DNA of 64,000 nucleotides from Eledone cirrhosa (lineage: Eukaryota). Position 1 is the stretch's first letter. Every line of letters begins with the position of its first letter. The notes under the pieces are model-generated. The model was given only the letters and a program-made list of their open reading frames with translations. It did not search any database and had not been told where the DNA came from. The stretch is from positions 100,192,001 to 100,256,000 of the forward strand of contig OZ024744.1 in NCBI GenBank assembly GCA_964016885.1, in the 5' to 3' direction. The translations under genes and the position numbers were made by a program. This document shows positions 36,448 to 50,700 of this stretch, in pieces.

Positions 36448-38080
36448 CTAAAAAATAAACCCAACCATGCCTCTCCTGGTCTTGATGGCGTTATGCATCT
36501 GCTTCTCAAATGTGATGGGTACTTCCTTCTGCACCAGCTATCACGCTTCTTCCAATTCTGTCTGAACAATGGTGCTACTCCAGAACAGTGGAAAACTGCC
36601 AGTGTCATTCCTCTGGTCAAAAAGGGTGACCGCACATCACCTGTGAACTATCATCCAGTCAGTCTTACTAGCTGCATTGCCAAACTGGTGGAATCCTGTG
36701 TCAGAGAAACGCTTTGGAACTTCTGGAACTCTCACAGTCTTATCCGGCCCTCGCAACTTGGATTTATCCCTAACTCCAGCTGCTGTGATCAACTTATCGA
36801 GTTTCTAGAAGACATCACACGGATCACTGATGACAGCTCATGGGTGGATGTTGTTTACCTTGACTTTGCTAAAGCTTTCAATTCTGTGCCACACAAAAGA
36901 CTTGTGGCAAAACTCTCTGCAATGGGTGTGAAGGATGATCTTTTTAACTGGTTGAAGTCCTTCATTCTCAGTCGAAGAGAGGTAGTCACGGTTCTAGGAC
37001 AGCATTCCTCACCATATGAGATGTCATCTAGTGTACCAGAGGGATCTGTTATTGGCCCCCTTTTGTTTGTGGCATTTATTAATGACATAGATGCCAACTT
37101 AAAGAATGCCACAGTACTGAAATATGCAGATGACATCAAGCTGTACCTTAAAATAAAAAGGACAGATCCTGCACACTATAGATCTTGCCTGGAATCTGAC
37201 CTGGACACAATGCAACAATGGATCACGGACTGGCAACTCAAGCTGGCTGTGGACAAGTGCACCACCATGCATTTTGGGAGTAAAAACACAGCATCCACAT
37301 ACTTCCTCCACAACACTGATATCAAGAAGTTCTCTTGTGAACGTGACCTGGGCATTACTGTCAGCAGCGATTTGCTTTGGACAAAGCAAGCCTCTAAAAT
37401 TGACGAGAAGGCCGAGGGTGTCTTAGCATCACTCAGCAAGACCTTTGTCAGTCACTCTCCAGCTATCTATTTGAAGCTGTATATAGCTATGGGGCAGCCA
37501 CACTTAGAATTTGCATCATCAGTATGGAAGCCCTATCTTGCTCAGAACATTGCACATCTCTGAACAGTTTCCAGACGGTCAACCAAGCGAATCCCCTCCA
37601 TCAGGCATCTACCATATTCTGAGCATCTTGCTTCCCTGGACCTGGATACATTGAAGCTCTGACATCTGGCAACTGACTTGGTAAACACCCACAAAATTGT
37701 TAACCATCTTACCAACAACAACCCTGAGTATCTTTTTGATTTCCATGTGTCTAACACAAGTAGACATGCCTACAAAGTCAGAAAACAGCACAGTTCACAT
37801 GACTTTCAGAAACATTTTTTCACGCTCAGAGTTGCTGAAGCATGGAACAAACTACCTGCATCAGTTGTTAGCTGCCGAGACACTGCATTCTTTAAAACCT
37901 CCATGCTTCCTGAGATTCGCCAACACTACACCTAATATTCCCCCTCCATACACATGCACACATGTATATCATGACTCATACACTGTTCACTTCCCTGACA
38001 TTTGTACATTATTCTATGCACCTTTGATGAGTTTTAGTGCACCTGAGCACTGTACACAATAATTTCATTATTATTATTAT
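36448..38080 (+). mobile_element. 5'-truncated CR1-clade LINE (RT domain with YADD); 3'-end fragments also at 21965-22330 (-) and 25872-26080 (-)
   Basis: ORF 36367..37563 contains SPGLDG, YLDFAKAF, VPEGSVIGPLLF and KYADDIKL; premature stops after 37560; (ATT)n tail. Confidence 0.92.
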
Positions 38081-38450
38081 CAAGGGATCAACTCTCCATT
38101 CTATTATTGAGAGATCTACCATGTTTCTTTTCACCTCACCTCTTCTTTCTTGTATCCCTTCTTGTTCACAGCCCTCCCTTCCTCATATTTCACTATATAC
38201 ACATCCTACTGCAGAATGTTTCTCCCCACCAACCACCGTCCAACTCTCACTCATGTAATCTCGATCACTATTTTATTCTCTCTCTCAGCAACGTAACTGC
38301 TTTCTCCTTTCACATTTCAATATGATAAAAAGTGTTTGGAAAAACAATAAAAATATGACATGTGGCTTGGTCTTATACATATAAGGATGTCCTTTTACCA
38401 AATCACATACGCACAAAAGGAAAAAAAAATAAAAATGTATAACTACTCAC

Positions 38451-38528
38451 GAAAGAAGGAATATGGTGTAACACAAGAAATTCTGCAGCATCTTTCACTA
38501 ATTGTTTTTCTTTTTCTAATTGTTTACT
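38451..38528 (-). CDS. CLUH: CLUH coding exon (SKQLEKEKQLVKDAAEFLVLHHIPSF)
   Basis: ttgtag/gtgagt sites, 78 nt; 'KQL.KDAA.FL...IP' motif. Confidence 0.92.
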
Positions 38529-39699
38529 CTACAAAAATAAAAAATAAAAATAAAAAAATCACATAAAAAAAAAAAAAAAAAAAAAAAAAATTGAATTTTC
38601 AGAACAGGTTTTACTAAAATTAACTCTACACTACTCTATATTTACTATTGTATTTTCATGGTAAAGGCTTTACCTCACATAACTATCTCAATATCAAATC
38701 TGAGATTTTGATATTTATTTTGAGAACCGTATCAGTACGAGCAGCCGGTTACAGCCGGTTTGAACAGAAAGAGGTGAGAGAAATCTGGCTGGATATGCCT
38801 GGTTTAAATGCTAAAGAGTTAAACTTTATAATGTATCAACATTTTAGGCCACAGAGACTCATATGATTACTTAAACAAAATGTGAGAAAATATATTTAGA
38901 ACTGAACAGCCAATTCAGTTTTCAGAACAGGTTTTACTAGAATTAAACTAGGATACACTTGAATTTACTAGGATACACTAGAATTTACTAGGATACACTT
39001 GAGTAATAGTCAATCTCGTGTAAAATATCTGGAATTTTCCATAGACCTCTTATAAAAGTCGACCCTAATATTTCATGGATAACAGGTCAATATTTTGAAT
39101 CGATGTATTATCCTGTATGTAGAAATAAGTTAGAAAATCGTTATGAATTTAAGGCAAATTTATATTATTGCAAATACATGTCTAAAACTAAAAAATTACC
39201 CAAAGGTATGCCAAAAATTTGATGGATGCGACTAAAAGAACTAATGTAAATACTTATAAGAACAATGTGGTTTTCTTTATGGATTTAGTTATTTACGAGA
39301 ACATGTGTTTTGATACATAGTATCAGCAATATTACTGTAATTCATTGTGTTTTTGTTGTTATTTGTTTAGAGATCAGTTGAGCTCTGCTATTGATATGGT
39401 ACTTTGGATTTTAGCTTGAATTTCAACCTCATTAATTTAACCTTAAAAAAAAAATGGTCTAAAAAAATTGACTTTTACACAAGTATATAATGTATCAACA
39501 TTTCAGGTTAAATAGACTTTTATAACTTAAACAAATTGGGGAAAACAGAGGCTGATATGAAGAAGTGATGCTAGAGCAGTTTTTCTAAGCCCTGTAAAAA
39601 GAACTTGGAAGGTTGGGCCTCCAACCAAGACTATAGCAGCGATCAAGCCAAAATCTTTTCAGTAATTGTTTGGTTCAGAAAAAGGAAATGCAGACTCCT

Positions 39700-40035
39700 C
39701 ATCATCATCATTTTACGTCCGCTTTTCCCTGCTTGCAAGGGTGGGACGGGAACTGATTCTGGCTTGATTTCTACAGCTGGATGCCCTTCCTAACACCAAC
39801 CTCATTTACAGTGAGTGCTGGGTGCTTTTTTGCCGTGGCACCTCCACGACCACTTTGCAGTGGAATGATAGGGACCCCAGTCCCTATCATCTCATTTCTA
39901 CAGCTGAGTAAACTGGAGCAATGTGAAATAAAATGTCTTGCTCAAGGAAACAACACATCACCCGGTCTGAGAATTTAACTCACAACCTTTCGATTGCAAG
40001 GCCAATGCTCTAACCACTAAGCCATGTGCCTCCAT
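39700..40035 (-). mobile_element. Composite tRNA-headed SINE family B with RTE-like (TGA)n tail; near-identical copy at 20878-21190; related heads at 9311-9420 (-), 11552-11890 (+), 13737-14150 (+)
   Basis: tRNA-like head GGAGGCACATGGCTTAGTGGTTAG...GAGTT, CCTTGAGCAAGACA body, GGAAGGGCATCCAGC motif, and a 3' end shared with RTE fragments in this window. Confidence 0.8.
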
Positions 40036-40283
40036 ATCTTAATACCCTTTAAGCATTTACATTATATCTACTCTTGTATTTTCACAGTAAAGGCTTTATC
40101 TCACATAATACTGAATCAGATTTTGATATCATTTTGAGAACAATACTTTAACATCAGTATGAATGGCCAGTTATGGCCAGTCTGAACAGAAAGAGGTGAG
40201 AAAACTCTGCCCGGATATGGTCGGTTTAAATGCTAAAGGGTTAAATTAAAATGCATTATTGAAAATAGAAAATAAAAACTTAC

Positions 40284-40345
40284 ATCAGAATTTGCATGAT
40301 TTACATGAGGTTGGAACACGTCTGGGTTAAATGCAATAGAAAATT
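40284..40345 (-). CDS. CLUH: CLUH coding exon (EFSIAFNPDVFQPHVNHANSD)
   Basis: ttctag/gtaagt sites; conserved FNPD(V/I)F motif of CLUH. Confidence 0.92.
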
Positions 40346-40531
40346 CTAGAAAAATATGAAAAATAATTGATTGGTTTTAATCAGATTTAATTAAGTCAAT
40401 CAACAAAATAACTAACTATTGTTATTTTAACTCTTCTGGTAATATGTATGTAAAAAGTAAAGAGAAACAACAAAGCAAACAACAGTACAATGAAGAAATA
40501 TATTAGTTTAATGCTTGAAATAGGAAAAAAG

Positions 40532-40567
40532 TCTCAACGTTTCAGACACTAGTCCTTCATCAGAAGA
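40532..40567 (-). ncRNA. Minimal Penelope-type hammerhead motif in a dispersed repeat (about 40475-40590)
   Basis: Minus strand reads TCTT-CTGATGA-A GGAC tagt GTCT-GAAAC-GTT-GAGA; palindromic AACGTT in the stem III position. Confidence 0.6.
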
Positions 40568-41717
40568 TAGGATGAGAAATAAAAGATTAAAGAGAATGAT
40601 AGAATGTGAGAAGAAAGAACGAAAAATAAATTGAGAGAAAAAAAAAAAAAAAAAAACTCATGTGAATTCAGTATGGTAACTTTAAAATTAAAATTAATTT
40701 TAATTTTAAAGTTAACTTTAAAATTAAAATTAAAGATAACTAAATAACTTCATTTAAATCAATTTTCTAATTGACAAATGTTATGAGGGTCATTGGAGTT
40801 TACAGCTTGTTTGTTTTTTAGCCAGTAACTCCTGACGGAGTCATAGGGGCGCTAGCATTTCTAGGGTATCTAAAAACCTGGCAGATCCCACTTCCTCTCT
40901 CCAGGCCTGAATACAGCAGATTTCTTCCAGAGAAGGATAGAGACATTGAGAAAATGGAAGTGAGAAAGAGATATAGGAGAAGAATCAACCCGAGTACTAT
41001 ACTAGTAATTTTTAAAAATATTTTTATCGACCTTGAATAGATGAAAGGCAAAGTTGACATCTGTTTACATTAAGAACAGTGAAAAGATCATTATCACCAT
41101 CATCATCATTTAATGTCAGTTTTCCCTGCTAGCAGGGGTTGGATGTGTCATCACAGACCAACCAAGTCAGTATTTAGTTAGAGCTACAGATTTCTCAGAT
41201 GGACCAGGAGGTGCATCTTGCTTACATATGTTCCCATACACTACATTGTGTACTGTGTACATTATGTACTGTGTACCATGTGTACTGTGTACATTCTGTA
41301 CTGTGTATCATGGCACAAGCACTAGGGAGATTGTCATCGTTTTGACAAAACCAAAGCCATTATTTAGCAAGTTTTCTATGGCTGGATGGCCTTCCTGTCA
41401 CTGAAACCACTTTACAGAATGTACTAGGAACATTCTATTGTGACACCAGCACTGGGAGGTTTTTATGTCTGGTTAGTTTTCTATGGCTGGATGCCCTTCC
41501 TGTCACTGACCACTTTACAGAGTGTACTGGGAACATTCTATTGTGAGGTTGTCATGTCTGGCAAGCTTTCTATGCCCCTCATCTCATCAATCACAATTAT
41601 TTATGCTTTTTGTTAAATGATTATCTAAATATTGACTAAAACATTCATTTGAACTCATTTACCCCACCCCCACCAAAATCATGTCTCCCCCTACCCCTCA
41701 ACTTCCTACTACATAAC

Positions 41718-44700
41718 CACCAACAGACGAGAACTGTCATTATGACCCACACCTTTATAATCTTACTTCTATATACTCCCCACCTACAGACGAGAACTGT
41801 CATTATGACCCACACCTTTATAATCTTACTTCTATATACCCCCCACCTACAGACGAGAACTGTCTCATTATGACCCACACCTTTATAACCTTACTTCTAT
41901 ATACCCCCCACCTACAGACGAGAACTGTCATTATGACCCACACCTTTATAATCTTACTTCTATATACCCCCCACCTACAGACGAGAACTGTCTCATCATG
42001 ACCCACTCCTTTATAATCTTACTTCTATATACCCCCCACCTACAGACGAGAACTGTCTCATTATGACCCACTCCTTTATAATCTTACTTCTATATACTCC
42101 CCACCTACACACGAGAACTGTCTCATTATGACCCACACCTTTATAACCTTACTTCGATATACCCCCCACCTACAGACGAGAACTGTCATTATGACCCACA
42201 CCTTTATAATCTTACTTCTATATACCCCCCACCTACAGACGAGAACTGTCATTATGACCCACACCTTTATAATCTTACTTCTATATACTCCCCACCTACA
42301 GACGAGAACTGTCTCATTATGACCCACTCCTTTATAATCTTACTTCTATATACCCCCCACCTACAGACGAGAACTGTCATTATGACCCACACCTTTATAA
42401 TCTTACTTCTATATACCCCCCACCAACAGATGAGAACTGTCATTATGACCCACACCTTTATAATCTTACTTCTATATACCCCCCACCTACAGACGAGAAC
42501 TGTCTCATTATGACCCACTCCTTTATAATCTTACTTCTATATACCCCCACCTACAGACGAGAACTGTCATCATGACCCACACCTTTATAATCTTACTTCT
42601 ATATACTCCCCACCTACAGATGAGAACTGTCTCATTATGACCCACACCTTTATAACCTTACTTCTATATACCCCCCACCTACAGACGAGAACTGTCATCA
42701 TGACCCACACCTTTATAATCTTACTTCTATATACACCCCACCTACAGACGAGAACTGTCATTATGACCCACACCTTTATAATCTTACTTCTATATACTCC
42801 CCACCTACAGACGAGAACTGTCTCATCATGACCCACACCTTTATAATCTTACTTCTATATACCCCCCACCTACAGACGAGAACTGTCATTATGACCCACT
42901 CCTTTATAATCTTCTATATACCCCCCACCTACAGACGAGAACTGTCTCATCATGACCCACACCTTTATAATCTTACTTCTATATACTCCCCACCAACAGA
43001 CGAGAACTGTCTCATCATGACCCACACCTTTATAATCTTACTTCTATATACTCCCCACCTACAGATGAGAACTGTCTCATTATGACCCACACCTTTATAA
43101 CCTTACTTCTATATACTCCCCACCTACAGACGAGAACTGTCATTATGACCCACTCCTTTAAAATCTTACTTCTATATACTCCCCACCTACAGACGAGAAC
43201 TGTCATTATGACCCACTCCTTTAAAATCTTACTTCTATATACTCCCCACCTACAGACGAGAACTGTCATTATGACCCACTCCTTTAAAATCTTACTTCTA
43301 TATACTCCCCACCTACAGACGAGAACTGTCTCATCATGACCCACACCTTTATAATCTTACTTCTATATACTCCCCACCTACAGACGAGAACTGTCATTAT
43401 GACCCACACCTTTATAATCTTACTTCTATATACTCCCCACCTACAGACGAGAACTGTCATTATGACCCACTCCTTTATAATCTTACTTCTATATACCCCC
43501 CACCTACAGACGAGAACTGTCATCATGACCCACTCCTTTATAATCTTACTTCTATATACTCCCCACCTACAGACGAGAACTGTCTCATCATGACCCACTC
43601 CTTTATAATCTTACTTCTATATACTCCCCACCTACAGACGAGAACTGTCATTATGACCCACTCCTTTATAATCTTACTTCTATATACCCCCCACCTACAG
43701 ACGAGAACTGTCATTATGACCCACACCTTTATAATCTTACTTCTATATACCCCCCACCTACAGACGAGAACTGTCATTATGACCCACTCCTTTATAACCT
43801 TACTTCTATATACCCCCCACCTACAGACGAGAACTGTCTCATTATGACCCACACCTTTATAATCTTACTTCTATATACCCCCCACCTACAGACGAGAACT
43901 GTCATTATGACCCACACCTTTATAATCTTACTTCTATATACCCCCCACCTACAGACGAGAACTGTCTCATCATGACCCACTCCTTTATAATCTTACTTCT
44001 ATATACCCCCCACCTACAGACGAGAACTGTCTCATCATGACCCACTCCTTTATAATCTTACTTCTATATACCCCCCACCTACAGACGAGAACTGTCTCAT
44101 CATGACCCACTCCTTTATAACCTTACTTCTATATACTCCCCACCTACAGACGAGAACTGTCTCATCATGACCCACACCTTTATAATCTTACTTCTATATA
44201 CCCCCCACCTACAGACGAGAACTGTCTCATCATGACCCACTCCTTTATAACCTTACTTCTATATACTCCCCACCTACAGACGAGAACTGTCTCATCATGA
44301 CCCACTCCTTTATAACCTTACTTCTATATACCCCCCACCTACAGACGAGAACTGTCATTATGACCCACACCTTTATAATCTTACTTCTATATACCCCCCA
44401 CCTACAGACGAGAACTGTCATCATGACCCACACCTTTATAACCTTACTTCTATATACTCCCCACCTACAGATGAGAACTGTCTCATTATGACCCACACCT
44501 TTATAACCTTACTTCTATATACCCCCCACCTACAGACGAGAACTGTCTCATTATGACCCACACCTTTATAATCTTACTTCTATATACTCCCCACCTACAG
44601 ACGAGAACTGTCATTATGACCCACACCTTTATAATCTTACTTCTATATACCCCCCACCTACAGATGAGAACTGTCATTATGACCCACACCTTTATAATCT

Positions 44701-47700
44701 TACTTCTATATACCCCCCACCTACAGACGAGAACTGTCATTATGACCCACACCTTTATAATCTTACTTCTATATACTCCCCACCTACAGACGAGAACTGT
44801 CTCATCATGACCCACTCCTTTATAATCTTACTTCTATATACTCCCCACCTACAGACGAGAACTGTCTCATCATGACCCACACCTTTATAATCTTACTTCT
44901 ATATACTCCCCACCTACAGACGAGAACTGTCTCATGACCCACACCTTTATAATCTTACTTCTATATACCCCCCACCTACAGACGAGAACTGTCTCATCAT
45001 GACCCACACCTTTATAATCTTACTTCTATATACCCCCCACCTACAGACGAGAACTGTCTCATCATGACCCACACCTTTATAATCTTACTTCTATATACCC
45101 CCCACCTACAGACGAGAACTGTCATTATGACCCACTCCTTTATAACCTTACTTCTATATACTCCCCACCTACAGACGAGAACTGTCTCATCATGACCCAC
45201 ACCTTTATAATCTTACTTCTATATACCCCCCACCTACAGACGAGAACTGTCATCATGACCCACTCCTTTATAACCTTACTTCTATATACCCCCCACCTAC
45301 AGATGAGAACTGTCTCATTATGACCCACACCTTTATAACCTTACTTCTATATACTCCCCACCTACAGACGAGAACTGTCTCATTATGACCCACACCTTTA
45401 TAACCTTACTTCTATATACTCCCCACCTACAGACGAGAACTGTCATCATGACCCACTCCTTTATACCCCCCACCTACAGACGAGAACTGTCATCATGACC
45501 CACTCCTTTATAATCTTACTTCTATATACCCCCCACCTACAGACGAGAACTGTCATTATGACCCACACCTTTATAACCTTACTTCTATATACTCCCCACC
45601 TACAGACGAGAACTGTCTCATCATGACCCACACCTTTATAATCTTACTTCTATATACCCCCCACCTACAGACGAGAACTGTCATTATGACCCACACCTTT
45701 ATAATCTTACTTCTATATACTCCCTACCTACAGACGAGAACTGTCATTATGACCCACACCTTTATAACCTTACTTCTATATACTCCCCACCTACAGACGA
45801 GAACTGTCTCATGTCCCACACCTTTATAATCTTACTTCTATATACTCCCCACCTACAGACGAGAACTGTCATCATGACCCACTCCTTTATAATCTTACTT
45901 CTATATACCCCCCACCTACAGACGAGAACTGTCTCATCATGACCCACACCTTTATAATCTTACTTCTATATACCCCCCACCTACAGACGAGAACTGTCAT
46001 TATGACCCACTCCTTTATAATCTTACTTCTATATACCCCCCACCTACAGACGAGAACTGTCTCATCATGACCCACACCTTTATAATCTTACTTCTATATA
46101 CCCCCCACCTACAGACGAGAACTGTCATTATGACCCACACCTTTATAACCTTACTTCTATATACCCCCCACCTACAGACGAGAACTGTCATTATGACCCA
46201 CACCTTTATAATCTTACTTCTATATACCCCCCACCTACAGATGAGAACTGTCATTATGACCCACACCTTTATAATCTTACTTCTATATACCCCCCACCTA
46301 CAGACGAGAACTGTCATTATGACCCACACCTTTATAATCTTACTTCTATATACCCCCCACCTACAGACGAGAACTGTCATTATGACCCACACCTTTATAA
46401 TCTTACTTCTATATACTCCCCACCTACAGACGAGAACTGTCTCATTATGACCCACTCCTTTATAATCTTACTTCTATATACCCCCCACCTACAGACGAGA
46501 ACTGTCATTATGACCCACACCTTTATAATCTTACTTCTATATACCCCCCACCAACAGATGAGAACTGTCATTATGACCCACACCTTTATAATCTTACTTC
46601 TATATACCCCCCACCTACAGACGAGAACTGTCTCATTATGACCCACTCCTTTATAATCTTACTTCTATATACCCCCCACCTACAGACGAGAACTGTCATC
46701 ATGACCCACACCTTTATAATCTTACTTCTATATACTCCCCACCTACAGATGAGAACTGTCTCATTATGACCCACACCTTTATAACCTTACTTCTATATAC
46801 CCCCCACCTACAGACGAGAACTCATCATGACCCACACCTTTATAATCTTACTTCTATATACACCCCACCTACAGACGAGAACTGTCATTATGACCCACAC
46901 CTTTATAATCTTACTTCTATATACTCCCCACCTACAGACGAGAACTGTCTCATCATGACCCACACCTTTATAATCTTACTTCTATATACCCCCCACCTAC
47001 AGACGAGAACTGTCATTATGACCCACTCCTTTATAATCTTCTATATACCCCCCACCTACAGACGAGAACTGTCTCATCATGACCCACACCTTTATAATCT
47101 TACTTCTATATACTCCCCACCAACAGACGAGAACTGTCTCATCATGACCCACACCTTTATAATCTTACTTCTATATACTCCCCACCTACAGATGAGAACT
47201 GTCTCATTATGACCCACACCTTTATAACCTTACTTCTATATACTCCCCACCTACAGACGAGAACTGTCATTATGACCCACTCCTTTAAAATCTTACTTCT
47301 ATATACTCCCCACCTACAGACGAGAACTGTCATTATGACCCACTCCTTTAAAATCTTACTTCTATATACTCCCCACCTACAGACGAGAACTGTCATTATG
47401 ACCCACTCCTTTATAATCTTACTTCTATATACCCCCCACCTACAGACGAGAACTGTCATCATGACCCACACCTTTATAATCTTACTTCTATATACTCCCC
47501 ACCTACAGATGAGAACTGTCTCATTATGACCCACACCTTTATAACCTTACTTCTATATACCCCCCACCTACAGACGAGAACTGTCATTATGACCCACTCC
47601 TTTATAATCTTACTTCTATATACCCCCCACCTACAGACGAGAACTGTCTCATTATGACCCACACCTTTATAATCTTACTTCTATATACTCCCCACCTACA

Positions 47701-50700
47701 GACGAGAACTGTCATTATGACCCACACCTTTATAATCTTACTTCTATATACCCCCCACCTACAGATGAGAACTGTCATTATGACCCACACCTTTATAATC
47801 TTACTTCTATATACCCCCCACCTACAGACGAGAACTGTCATTATGACCCACACCTTTATAATCTTACTTCTATATACTCCCCACCTACAGACGAGAACTG
47901 TCTCATCATGACCCACTCCTTTATAATCTTACTTCTATATACTCCCCACCTACAGACGAGAACTGTCTCATCATGAGCAACACCTTTATAATCTTACTTC
48001 TATATACTCCCCACCTACAGACGAGAACTGTCTCATTATGACCCACACCTTTATAATCTTACTTCTATATACCCCCCACCTACAGACGAGAACTGTCTCA
48101 TCATGACCCACACCTTTATAATCTTACTTCTATATACCCCCCACCTACAGACGAGAACTGTCTCATCATGACCCACACCTTTATAATCTTACTTCTATAT
48201 ACCCCCCACCTACAGACGAGAACTGTCATTATGACCCACTCCTTTATAACCTTACTTCTATATACTCCCCACCTACAGACGAGAACTGTCTCATCATGAC
48301 CCACACCTTTATAATCTTACTTCTATATACCCCCCACCTACAGACGAGAACTGTCATCATGACCCACTCCTTTATAACCTTACTTCTATATACCCCCCAC
48401 CTACAGATGAGAACTGTCTCATTATGACCCACACCTTTATAACCTTACTTCTATATACTCCCCACCTACAGACGAGAACTGTCTCATTATGACCCACACC
48501 TTTATAACCTTACTTCTATATACTCCCCACCTACAGACGAGAACTGTCATCATGACCCACTCCTTTATAATCTTACTTCTATATACCCCCCACCTACAGA
48601 CGAGAACTGTCATCATGACCCACTCCTTTATAATCTTACTTCTATATACCCCCCACCTACAGACGAGAACTGTCATTATGACCCACACCTTTATAACCTT
48701 ACTTCTATATACTCCCCACCTACAGACGAGAACTGTCTCATCATGACCCACACCTTTATAATCTTACTTCTATATACCCCCCACCTACAGACGAGAACTG
48801 TCATTATGACCCACACCTTTATAATCTTACTTCTATATACTCCCCACCTACAGACGAGAACTGTCATTATGACCCACACCTTTATAACCTTACTTCTATA
48901 TACTCCCCACCTACAGACGAGAACTGTCTCATGTCCCACACCTTTATAATCTTACTTCTATATACTCCCCACCTACAGACGAGAACTGTCATCATGACCC
49001 ACTCCTTTATAATCTTACTTCTATATACCCCCCACCTACAGACGAGAACTGTCTCATCATGACCCACACCTTTATAATCTTACTTCTATATACCCCCCAC
49101 CTACAGACGAGAACTGTCATTATGACCCACTCCTTTATAATCTTACTTCTATATACCCCCCACCTACAGACGAGAACTGTCTCATCATGACCCACACCTT
49201 TATAATCTTACTTCTATATACCCCCCACCTACAGACGAGAACTGTCATTATGACCCACACCTTTATAACCTTACTTCTATATACCCCCCACCTACAGACG
49301 AGAACTGTCATTATGACCCACACCTTTATAATCTTACTTCTATATACCCCCCACCTACAGATGAGAACTGTCATTATGACCCACACCTTTATAATCTTAC
49401 TTCTATATACCCCCCACCTACAGACGAGAACTGTCATTATGACCCACACCTTTATAATCTTACTTCTATATACTCCCCACCTACAGACGAGAACTGTCTC
49501 ATGTCCCACACCTTTATAATCTTACTTCTATATACCCCCCACCTACAGACGAGAACTGTCATCATGACCCACTCCTTTATAATCTTACTTCTATATACCC
49601 CCCCACCTACAGACGAGAACTGTCTCATCATGACCCACACCTTTATAATCTTACTTCTATATACCCCCCACCTACAGACGAGAACTGTCATTATGACCCA
49701 CACCTTTATAACCTTACTTCTATATACCCCCCACCTACAGACGAGAACTGTCATTATGACCCACACCTTTATAATCTTACTTCTATATACCCCCCACCTA
49801 CAGACGAGAACTGTCTCATCATGACCCACACCTTTATAATCTTACTTCTATATACCCCCCACCTACAGACGAGAACTGTCTCATCATGACCCACACCTTT
49901 ATAATCTTACTTCTATATACCCCCCACCTACAGACGAGAACTGTCTCATCATGACCCACACCTTTATAATCTTACTTCTATATACCCCCCACCTACAGAC
50001 GAGAACTGTCTCATCATGACCCACACCTTTATAATCTTACTTCTATATACCCCCCACCTACAGACGAGAACTGTCATTATGACCCACACCTTTATAACGT
50101 TACTTCTATATACCCCCCACCTACAGACGAGAACTGTCATTATGACCCACACCTTTATAATCTTACTTCTATATACCCCCCACCTACAGACGAGAACTGT
50201 CTCATCATGACCCACACCTTTATAATCTTACTTCTATATACCCCCCACCTACAGACGAGAACTGTCTCATCATGACCCACACCTTTATAATCTTACTTCT
50301 ATATACCCCCCACCTACAGACGAGAACTGTCTCATCATGACCCACACCTTTATAATCTTACTTCTATATACCCCCCACCTACAGACGAGAACTGTCATTA
50401 TGACCCACACCTTTATAACCTTACTTCTATATACCCCCCACCTACAGACGAGAACTGTCTCATTATGACCCACTCCTTTATAATCTTACTTCTATATACC
50501 CCCACCTACAGACGAGAACTGTCATTATGACCCACACCTTTATAATCTTACTTCTATATACCCCCCACCTACAGACGAGAACTGTCATTATGACCCACAC
50601 CTTTATAATCTTACTTCTATATACCCCCCACCTACAGACGAGAACTGTCATCATGACCCACTCCTTTATAATCTTACTTCTATATACTCCCCACCTACAG

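Noticed and set aside
36367-37563. Intact or domesticated reverse transcriptase gene
   Set aside because: Chimeric ORF: the first roughly 27 codons read through an RTE relic out of frame, and the rest is a 5'-truncated CR1 with downstream stops and no endonuclease
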